Positions 22,204 to 30,052 of a stretch of 64,000 nt of DNA are shown here, in pieces. The position numbers and the translations under genes are program-made. This DNA is from Gammaproteobacteria bacterium. Its GTDB lineage: Bacteria; Pseudomonadota; Gammaproteobacteria; UBA4575. Location of the stretch: positions 417,199-481,198 of the forward strand of contig OZ251487.1 of NCBI GenBank assembly GCA_965242685.1. The letters run 5' to 3'. The notes under the pieces are model-generated. The model did no database searches and was not told the DNA's origin. It saw only the letters and a list, made by a program, of their open reading frames with translations. The first letter of the stretch is position 1. Each line of letters begins with the position of its first letter.

Positions 22204-22667
22204 TCCCCCTTGCCGGTCTCGAATTCCACGTTGGAGGTTGTCTTTTTGATGACTACCGTACCGGCCAGCTTGTCATGCCAGCCTTGTTTTCTGTTGTCGA
22301 ATGCCACCCAGAGGAAGCCAAGTCCAAGCACCAGACCTGAAAGAAAATAGGCAAAATACCTGCCGATACATTGTCCCGTAGACGGCTTTTCGCCGGTACG
22401 TGCATCGACGATTCTTGCCGCAATGGCCATCTTCCCGGGCGTGGCCTGTTTGTATACCCAAAACAGGATGACGGCAACGGCCGGCAAGACCCAGGAAACA
22501 AAGAAATCCGCAATCCCCGCAAACACAAACGAACTTGCGGTGTAATAGCCAACGCCGTAAATCGAAATCAGAACGGGCGCAGTGACGACTAGGATCAAAA
22601 GACCGTCAATGATGGCGGCTGCAACCCTCACCCAGAAGCCGGCGTATTCAAGTCCATCGTTGCCCAT
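22188..22667 (-). CDS. RDD-family membrane protein
   Basis: 159 aa; R..D..D pattern (WVRVAAAIIDGLLIL ... WHDKLAGTVVIKK) and three hydrophobic helices. Confidence 0.8.
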   Translation of the reverse strand: MGNDGLEYAGFWVRVAAAIIDGLLILVVTAPVLISIYGVGYYTASSFVFAGIADFFVSWVLPAVAVILFWVYKQATPGKMAIAARIVDARTGEKPSTGQCIGRYFAYFLSGLVLGLGFLWVAFDNRKQGWHDKLAGTVVIKKTTSNVEFETGKGDYRPL

Positions 22668-22985
22668 TGCCCATACCGCTTTCTATCGTCTGTAAATACA
22701 AACACAAAATTATAGCATAGCCCGCACCGCAGTATTTTTTTGTTCTTGCGGATAAGTCGAAAAAATTGAAGTCGGTAAGCAAAATTGACACCGAAAAATT
22801 TTGACGTTTTCGCGTCACGCTTTGCCTGTTTTCTTGATACGCCCGCCTACCTCCCCATCAAACGGCTACACGTAACCTCATCCGTTGCCCGTGCAACATC
22901 CTTTTAAGGTTTGTGCCGGTCCCAAACTCGCGTAACCACTGCCGTGCCAGATCCGGGCAGTAGATCACCCCTCTCATAAGGAATA

Positions 22986-23079
22986 GCCCCTTCATTGGGG
23001 GTGATCTCCAAACACATCAAATATCGCATTGCGCACAACGTCGGGTGTAGTCCCCCTTCATTGGGGGTGATCTCCAAAC
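22986..23079 (+). CRISPR. Minimal CRISPR array: two 28-nt direct repeats (27/28 identical) flanking one 38-nt spacer
   Basis: Repeat 1 at 22986-23013 is gccccttcattgggggtgatctccaaac. Repeat 2 at 23052-23079 is cccccttcattgggggtgatctccaaac. Spacer at 23014-23051 is acatcaaatatcgcattgcgcacaacgtcgggtgtagt. The repeat has a CCCC-loop-GGGG hairpin and an AAAC 3' end like Cas13a direct repeats. The array lies 35 nt beyond the stop of the Cas13-like gene. Confidence 0.6.
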
Positions 23080-23114
23080 CATTGTAAAGCAAATATCCAT
23101 TTTTACACAACAAT

Positions 23115-26100
23115 CTATCTTTTCCTTTGTGAAGGATTGTGCTTGTGTATATGACTCTTCCTCCGGTTTTGGTATTTTCTTTTTTGTGTTCCCTCAGCTT
23201 TTCCTCTGTTCTGATTTTTTCTGCCTGGAGTTTTATCGGGCAATTGAGCCTCGCCACCGAACAGATCGGCTACCATCTCGATGTACTTTTCACCGTGCAG
23301 GTCTTCTTTGACTTTATTGCCCAAGTGAGTGGCTTGCCTGGTCTTAACTGTTGCTCCTGTAAGTCGGTGTCCTTTCATCTCCCATTCCAGGACAAGTCCT
23401 TCGCGTGCCAGCATTTCCTTGATTGACCGGGTCACCGCGTTTTTCAGTTTGCGGTCGTAGGCCATCAGCTTGCGGGTGTCGTTGACGGCCTCGGTCAGGT
23501 TCAGGTCGGGTTTGTTGCTTTGCAACATGTTGAAGTGCATCAGCTTGTTGCGAATGGAGCGGGGATAGTCTTCACATCTATCATCCAGAAAATGTTTACC
23601 AAATACCTGTTTTAATTGTTCGAAAATCTTTTTTGCATCTCCTTTTTGCGATTTTCTAAGTGTATTGATCGCCTCAACAATTTGGCCATCCTTGAGATTC
23701 TTACGTCCATTTGAATTGAACACGTCATCCGGCCTTTTCCCTGAAAGGCTTATCAGCGCGAGCATTACAAAATACAGGTCGCGTTCCCACAGGCCGGCAT
23801 AGTCGGTCAGCCGTCCCAATACCCGCATTAGCAGGCGATGCAGACGCACGTGGTTGTTGAGACGGACGTGTGCCGCAAAATGCCGATGCTTTTCTATAGT
23901 TTTAAGTGTTTGGCGATAGTCTTTTTCTTTTTCTTTGGAAAATCTCTTTTTAACCCATTCATCATGCAATTTTTCCCGTTTTTTCTGTTGTTCGGCAATT
24001 TTATTTTCCGATTCGTCCGATTCGTCCAGCTTAAGCTTATTCACGTTTTCGGCTGTAATCGGGTGTTTCCGGAAAATTGGCATCAATGGTTTGAGGTCGC
24101 CGAACCGCCAGAGCTCCCGCAGGCCGCGCCAGGGTACCAGCTGTTTTTTTGTATTTGTATCCGATTCGGGGCAGGCACGGCGAAAAAGCTCCTCGGACTT
24201 GAACAGGTCTTTGAGTTCGCTGTCATAAATATTGATTGTCTCGTTCCCCTCAAACTTGGCGTCGTGCATATCGAGATAAAGACTGAATAGTTGTGCGAGG
24301 GGCTTGACCACCTCATCTTTCTCATCTTTGATAGATGATTTCCGTACAAGGATCGACCATTTGGAAAGCTGGTGCCGTAATTGGGCAATCGCATCGACGG
24401 GCACCAGATGAATGAGGAAGTAAAGAACGGCCTGCCAGTCTATTGCTTTGGTTTCATCTGGTGGTACTTTCTTCAGTGCTTTATCCAGAGAGCCGCACTC
24501 GTTTTTAAGCTCGTCCGTTACCCAGTTTAATTGGTTCTCTTTCAGGTAAGCCTTGAAGGCCTGTGCCACCACGTCGCACCGCAGGTCATCGAGGTATTTG
24601 GCCTGCTGGCGGGCCTTGTCAGCGTCGCTATCGTAGCCACGCTGCACGCGCAGTTCGGACGCTGTGCGAGCGGCAAGTTGATCGATGAAATCGGCAATCC
24701 CTTGGCCTTCTTCCAGGTGGACCTGGTCGGTAGCCTTGGCGACGGCAAGTTCGTCCTTATTTAATTTCTTTGCATCCTCAGTAGCGCGCTTCACGGCACG
24801 TTTAATCCATTGATTCAGGGCTTGTTTCGTTTGTTTTTCCAGCCATGCGGGGAAAGCGCGTTCGTATATTGCCTTTGCAGTGACGTACCGACACAGTTTG
24901 TCGGGCTGATCTTCAAGTTTGTCCCGCTTACCGGGCGGCGGCAGATGCAGGAGGTAAGGTTTCTTGCTCCAAGCGTTTTCCGCACGGGCGAGGACGCGAT
25001 TGAAGCGGGGCAACGGTGACAGCGATGTTTCTGCATTGACGATGGCCTTGATCAGCGCGTCGATCTTGCTTTGGTCGTAATACTTCTCAACCTGTGCCGC
25101 TTTAAGGTCTTTAATCAATTGTTCGTTGCGCTTGGTAAAATCGTGTTTCAGGAGTTTGTGTGTGGCGTCAATGGTGGCAGGGAAGTTGTTAAGGTTGTTG
25201 GTTAATGCCTCGATAAAGCGGTCACGTCCCTTGAAGTGAAACGCCGCGTGACGCAGTTCAGCCCACCCGTTCAGTGCCAGTTTCAGCACTTGATTTTTAA
25301 AGTCTTCATCACCCTTGAAGTAGTCATTCCGTTTGCCGAACAGGAGCGGCAGCTTCGGCAGCTTTTTTAGATAGGCCGATTCACAAAAATTCCCATCTGT
25401 TACTCCATCATTTTTGATATTGAGCAATATGTCCTCTTTAATGCGATTGTTCGGGTCTGCCCAGTCCTTCAACGTCCGTGCACCGAGCGCAATCGTATAA
25501 CGCCACACGCGCACGAAGGCCTCGTTGCGTTTGATTTCGGCTTGCCCTTCACTGGTTCGATAGTGGCTGTTTGTGATTGCCTCGGATTCGGGCCAGTGGT
25601 CGATGGCATGGCCGTTTTTGCCGGCTTCGTAATGGATGATTCTTCCCAGACGCACCAGGCCGTTGAGATCACGATTGCGCACCTTGTTTTTGACCAGTTG
25701 GAACAGTTTGTTCATGTCTTGCGGTAGAATGCGCGCCACGTTTTTCTTGTTATGTTTCTTAAGGATGCGGGTATAGGTATCCTTAATAGCGGCATGAAGC
25801 GCAAATAGTCTAGGATAGAGATCACGGGCTTCGGTAACGGCGAGCACTTCTCCGTCATCGCCTTTGAACAGCTCCCCATATTGCCCGTACAGAATCGGGG
25901 CAACATCGCGTACCGAGAACTTGCCTTTCTTACCTTCAGCCGCTCGATAAATCTGGCCTGCTACGTCACCGGCCTCTTTATATGCTTTTTCATCCTGGTC
26001 TGACCAGTCATATTCACCACCCGAAAATCCCGTCGGCAACGCCATTACGTTTTTGGTAATGCTTTCCGCCCTGGCCGCTATCAGCCCCTTACTCTTATTG

Positions 26101-26606
26101 GGTTGGCTAGGCTCTTTCCGATATTCTTTTTCATACAGGTGTTCGTATATCTTTCCCGCGATTTCTTCGGCCTCTTTGTCACCGATTTCGGCAGGTTTCT
26201 TGTCACCGACGAAGCGTCCATACCAACGGCCTTTTGGAGCTGGAGAATTCTTACAGTTTTCTTTCGGGTAAGGATGAATCTTTGACCACCACAACTTCCT
26301 GAGTTTTTCAAGCTCGTCGAAATTGTCCGCATTCTTTACCTTTAACAGACCGTTCTTTATCAAATAGCACCAGACGGCGTTACCGAGTGTCTCGCGCAGC
26401 TTGCGCTGTTCGGCGGAAGGTTTGCCGTTCCCACGGGGCTTGGCTGCGATCTTGTCAATGATGGATATCCATTGCTTAATGACGAGTTCAGGGTGTTCTT
26501 TTGCAAATTCTGCAACGTCCTTTGCATCCTTGTGGCCGGGATTTGGGCGGATTTTCCGTTTTCCTGTTGGGGTCTCGCTTCGACCGTATGGCTTGATAAT
26601 CAACAT
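23115..26606 (-). CDS. cas13a: Cas13a-like type VI CRISPR RNA-guided RNase (two HEPN R-x4-H motifs)
   Basis: 1163 aa. HEPN1 is ELRHAAFHF (R452/H457), encoded about 25236-25253. HEPN2 is SIRNKLMHF (R1019/H1024), encoded about 23535-23552. Size and motif spacing are close to LbuCas13a (1159 aa; R472/H477, R1048/H1053). The protein is Lys-rich and the gene AT-rich. A CRISPR-like mini-array is adjacent. Confidence 0.72.
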   Translation of the reverse strand: MLIIKPYGRSETPTGKRKIRPNPGHKDAKDVAEFAKEHPELVIKQWISIIDKIAAKPRGNGKPSAEQRKLRETLGNAVWCYLIKNGLLKVKNADNFDELEKLRKLWWSKIHPYPKENCKNSPAPKGRWYGRFVGDKKPAEIGDKEAEEIAGKIYEHLYEKEYRKEPSQPNKSKGLIAARAESITKNVMALPTGFSGGEYDWSDQDEKAYKEAGDVAGQIYRAAEGKKGKFSVRDVAPILYGQYGELFKGDDGEVLAVTEARDLYPRLFALHAAIKDTYTRILKKHNKKNVARILPQDMNKLFQLVKNKVRNRDLNGLVRLGRIIHYEAGKNGHAIDHWPESEAITNSHYRTSEGQAEIKRNEAFVRVWRYTIALGARTLKDWADPNNRIKEDILLNIKNDGVTDGNFCESAYLKKLPKLPLLFGKRNDYFKGDEDFKNQVLKLALNGWAELRHAAFHFKGRDRFIEALTNNLNNFPATIDATHKLLKHDFTKRNEQLIKDLKAAQVEKYYDQSKIDALIKAIVNAETSLSPLPRFNRVLARAENAWSKKPYLLHLPPPGKRDKLEDQPDKLCRYVTAKAIYERAFPAWLEKQTKQALNQWIKRAVKRATEDAKKLNKDELAVAKATDQVHLEEGQGIADFIDQLAARTASELRVQRGYDSDADKARQQAKYLDDLRCDVVAQAFKAYLKENQLNWVTDELKNECGSLDKALKKVPPDETKAIDWQAVLYFLIHLVPVDAIAQLRHQLSKWSILVRKSSIKDEKDEVVKPLAQLFSLYLDMHDAKFEGNETINIYDSELKDLFKSEELFRRACPESDTNTKKQLVPWRGLRELWRFGDLKPLMPIFRKHPITAENVNKLKLDESDESENKIAEQQKKREKLHDEWVKKRFSKEKEKDYRQTLKTIEKHRHFAAHVRLNNHVRLHRLLMRVLGRLTDYAGLWERDLYFVMLALISLSGKRPDDVFNSNGRKNLKDGQIVEAINTLRKSQKGDAKKIFEQLKQVFGKHFLDDRCEDYPRSIRNKLMHFNMLQSNKPDLNLTEAVNDTRKLMAYDRKLKNAVTRSIKEMLAREGLVLEWEMKGHRLTGATVKTRQATHLGNKVKEDLHGEKYIEMVADLFGGEAQLPDKTPGRKNQNRGKAEGTQKRKYQNRRKSHIHKHNPSQRKR

Positions 26607-26740
26607 ATGGTAATTATATACTAACTACGCTACAATATAAAAGCGTAATTTGCCGAGTAGACGGGTAGTGGAGAGATACCTGGACGGCAGTCATTTGAAA
26701 CTGACAGGTAAAAAATAATTATACGGGGGCACGTAACCCA

Positions 26741-27304
26741 ATGCGACAAGGTTTGTATCGAAGCATCGTGGTTGATCCGCCTTGGGATCAAGGCAAAACG
26801 GGGATTCGTTCCGCTCGTCCCAATCAGGGCGTTGATCTGGATTACCCTACGCTGACGCAAAACGAGATTTTAGAGATTGTTCGGCTGGATGAATGGGCTG
26901 CCGAGAATGCGTTTCTTTGGCTGTGGGCGACAAACAGCAGATCGCGCTCAAGCAAGAAGCCTATCCTTCAGCAGGCGTTTGAATTGATGGATGCTTGGGG
27001 GTTTCGATACTACACCATGCTTACATGGGATAAAAAAACCGGGCCTTGCCCATTCGGCCCTTATCAGATAACGACCGAACATTGTTTATTTGGCTATCGG
27101 GGGCAATGCAGGTTTGACAAACAATCTCTTGGCAAGATGAAAACCTGCTTTCATGCCCCCGTCACTCGGCACAGTGAAAAACCCGCGCTGTTTTACGATA
27201 ACGTCCGTAAATACTTTCCCTCCCCCAAGATTGACGTTTTTTCAAGAAGAACACATAGCGGCTTTGAAGGTTGGGGTTGGGAAGCCGAACAGGACGTTGC
27301 ATAG
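26741..27304 (+). CDS. MT-A70-family adenine N6-methyltransferase (DPPW motif)
   Basis: 187 aa; catalytic motif VVDPPWDQG near N-terminus; family size typical of small bacterial MT-A70 proteins; divergent from cas13a-like gene with 134-nt shared intergenic region. Confidence 0.8.
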   Translation: MRQGLYRSIVVDPPWDQGKTGIRSARPNQGVDLDYPTLTQNEILEIVRLDEWAAENAFLWLWATNSRSRSSKKPILQQAFELMDAWGFRYYTMLTWDKKTGPCPFGPYQITTEHCLFGYRGQCRFDKQSLGKMKTCFHAPVTRHSEKPALFYDNVRKYFPSPKIDVFSRRTHSGFEGWGWEAEQDVA

Positions 27305-27522
27305 TGCCGACAAAAGCCAATCAGTTATCTGGAGCAGACTGGCTGAAAAACTCGTTCAGTATATGGAGAGGTATACCTAAAGACCCAATCGGTAGAAAGC
27401 GTCATCCCGTCAAGTGCCTGAACCGCCGTTAGCCCCAAGCCACGAGGCATTGAATTGGCATATTGAAAATATCATGGGACGTTAGCGCTCGTTCAGCCCG
27501 AAACCAGCAGAAAAACCGGCGT

Positions 27523-28752
27523 TCAACCGAAAAACCAATACCCGATCAGGATGGCCGCGATGACGCCGACCAGATCGGCGAACAGTCCGCAGCCGATGGC
27601 GTGACGCACGCGGCGTATCCCCACGCTGCCAAAGTAGATGGCCAACACGTAAAACGTAGTTTCGGTGCTGCCTTGTACGATGGCCGCGACGTTGGCGGCG
27701 AACGAGTCTACGCCGTGGGTGCTCATGGTCTCCAGCATCATCGCGCGTGCCCCGCTACCGGAAAACGGGCGCATCAAGGCGGTGGGCAAGGCGGCGACAA
27801 ACTCGGTATCGAGACCGAACGCCGCGACTACCTTTGCAATGACCGTAAGCACCTGATCGAGTACCAGACTGGCGCGCAATACGCCTATCGCCACCAACAT
27901 GGCGACCAGATAGGGGATGATCTTCACGGCGACTTCAAAGCCCTGTTTGGCGCCTTCGATAAAGGCCTCGTAGACGTTGACCTTGCGCGCGAAGCCCAGC
28001 GTCAGGAAGGCCACGATCACCAGCAGCAATAGCAGACTGCCCAGCAGACTGGAGCGCTCGGTCAGGGCGTCCGCCTCGCCGGTCAGCAGGAAAACCAGCA
28101 ACAGCCCCATCAACGACATGAGCCCCAGCAGATAGACGAGCATTGTCTTGTTGAACAGCTTCAGCCCCTGAAGGTAGGCCGTCAGCAGCAGACCGGCAAG
28201 CGTCGAGGCGGAGGTGGCCAACAGGATCGGTATAAACACCGCCGCCGGGTCACTAGAGCCTTGCTGCGCGCGAAACAGAAAGATGGTGACCGGCAACAGG
28301 GTTACCGACGATGTATTCAGCACCAGAAACAGGATTTGTGCGTTGCTGGCGGTATCCTTTTGCGGATTGAGGTCTTGCAGATCCTGCATCGCCTTCAGCC
28401 CCAACGGAGTGGCGGCGTTGTCCAGGCCAAGCATGTTGGCCGCCATGTTCATGGTGACCGAACCGATGGCCGGATGATTGGCGGGTACTTCCGGCATCAG
28501 TTGTTTGAACAACGGGCGGAATATCTTGGTAAGTAACTCGATAAAACCGGCGCGTTCGGCGATGGCAAAAAATCCCAGCCACAGACACAGCACGCCGATC
28601 AGTCCAAGTGCGATTTCAACGCTCAGCGCCGCCATGTCGAACGTCGCCTGAACGACCTGTGCAAACAGCGCGTTGTTGTCGTGCACCAGGGCGTGATACA
28701 CGCAGCTGAGGAATGCGGCAATAAAAAAGCCGAACCACAAGTAATTAAGCAT
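27523..28752 (-). CDS. Nucleoside-recognition (Gate) domain inner-membrane protein, SpmA/SpmB-like fusion
   Basis: 409 aa polytopic membrane protein; two Gate-like halves (LSVEIALGLIGVLCLWLGFFAIAERAG..., ...AIYFGSVGIRRVRHAIGCGLFADLVGVIAAILIGYWFF). Confidence 0.65.
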   Translation of the reverse strand: MLNYLWFGFFIAAFLSCVYHALVHDNNALFAQVVQATFDMAALSVEIALGLIGVLCLWLGFFAIAERAGFIELLTKIFRPLFKQLMPEVPANHPAIGSVTMNMAANMLGLDNAATPLGLKAMQDLQDLNPQKDTASNAQILFLVLNTSSVTLLPVTIFLFRAQQGSSDPAAVFIPILLATSASTLAGLLLTAYLQGLKLFNKTMLVYLLGLMSLMGLLLVFLLTGEADALTERSSLLGSLLLLLVIVAFLTLGFARKVNVYEAFIEGAKQGFEVAVKIIPYLVAMLVAIGVLRASLVLDQVLTVIAKVVAAFGLDTEFVAALPTALMRPFSGSGARAMMLETMSTHGVDSFAANVAAIVQGSTETTFYVLAIYFGSVGIRRVRHAIGCGLFADLVGVIAAILIGYWFFG

Positions 28753-28877
28753 GACGGTTACGCTTCAATCTGACTGATGAAATATCGGCAATTTCAAGGG
28801 GTAAGATGGTATAGTATACGTATAGTGCATTAAAAAGGTGAGGCTTCCTTAACAATCGTGAAATAGAGGGTTTAGCA

Positions 28878-29894
28878 ATGAAAGTAGAGGGTTTGGCAAT
28901 GAGATTCCGCACTGCCGTGACGGTTGCGGCTTTAGTATTGTTTGGTGCAGCGAATGACTTGCACGCCGACGATGTCCAAATTGGCCTTCAGTCCATATAC
29001 GTACCGTGGATCGTACAATTGGAAAATATCAAGGAACACGGTTTTGCCGGCAAGAATGTCGACTTCGTGAAAATCACCTCACCCGAAGAAGTGCTGGACG
29101 GTCTCGACTCGGGTGCCGTGGATATCGTGCTTGGGGGTAACGCGCTGGTCGCAGAGGGCTATAGCCGGGATATTGATCTGCAAGTTGTCTACATCTACGA
29201 CAATATCAACGATGCGGAAGCGCTGGTAGTGGATGATTCGATTACCGCACCCCAGGATCTAGTCGGCAAAACCATCGCAGTGCCCTTCAGTTCCACCACG
29301 CACTACCATCTGTTGTTTGCCTTGGAGCAGTTTAGAATCCCTACGGACGCTCTCACGATACTTAACCTGACACCACCGGAGATCGTCTCGGCTTGGGAAC
29401 GTGGCGATATCAACGGCGCGTTCATCTGGGACCCGACACTTGGGCGCATGAAGGAAACCGGGCACGTATTGTTGACTTCCAGAGATCTGACCAACTGGGG
29501 CAGGCCTACTTTCGACTCGATGATCGCATCGCGCACGTTTGCTGCGGAAAATTCCGATTTCGTTTGCCGGTGGGTCAAGATGTCGGCGGCGGCCGATGCC
29601 GACTATCGCATGAATCCGGCTACCTACGATCCGGGGACTGACAAGGCGATGGCAATTGCAAAGGGCAGCTCCGGTGATCCGGATCGCGTAGGCGAAGTGC
29701 TTGCACTGTACGAATATCCGACGTTGGAAGAGCAGGTATCCGCCACTTGGCTTGACGGTGGCGTACAGAGCGCATTACAGGCAACCGCCGAGTTCCTGAT
29801 GGCACAAGGCATACTTGACCGCCTGCCCGCCAGCTTTGCTGATGCCGCAACGCCGAAGTTTGCCCGAATGGTGCTTGACGGCGACTGCCGCTAA
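28878..29894 (+). CDS. ABC-transporter periplasmic substrate-binding protein, NMT1/TauA/SsuA (sulfonate/taurine) family, orphan
   Basis: 338 aa; signal peptide; TauA-like blocks (GGNALVAEGY, VGKTIAVPFSSTTHYHL); no permease/ATPase genes adjacent. Confidence 0.7.
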   Translation: MKVEGLAMRFRTAVTVAALVLFGAANDLHADDVQIGLQSIYVPWIVQLENIKEHGFAGKNVDFVKITSPEEVLDGLDSGAVDIVLGGNALVAEGYSRDIDLQVVYIYDNINDAEALVVDDSITAPQDLVGKTIAVPFSSTTHYHLLFALEQFRIPTDALTILNLTPPEIVSAWERGDINGAFIWDPTLGRMKETGHVLLTSRDLTNWGRPTFDSMIASRTFAAENSDFVCRWVKMSAAADADYRMNPATYDPGTDKAMAIAKGSSGDPDRVGEVLALYEYPTLEEQVSATWLDGGVQSALQATAEFLMAQGILDRLPASFADAATPKFARMVLDGDCR

Positions 29895-30052
29895 CGCCAC
29901 TTCAGCTAGACCCGCATCAAGCCACAAAGATTCACTCAATAAAAAACGCTGGCATTAGTGGCCAGCGTCGGGCCGGGGCACGAAAGCCACCGGTGGGGTG
30001 AGTAATATATTATATTAAACTGGCTGTAAGTCAAAGGAAACTTCACCTGGCA

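Noticed and set aside
22848-22872. Possible third, degenerate CRISPR repeat (cctccccatcaaac) in the leader-side region
   Set aside because: Only the terminal ctcc..aaac weakly matches the 28-nt repeat. The similarity is insufficient.
22904-23257. 117-aa minus-strand ORF in track
   Set aside because: It spans the CRISPR repeats and spacer and overlaps the 3' end of the Cas13-like gene. It is almost certainly spurious.
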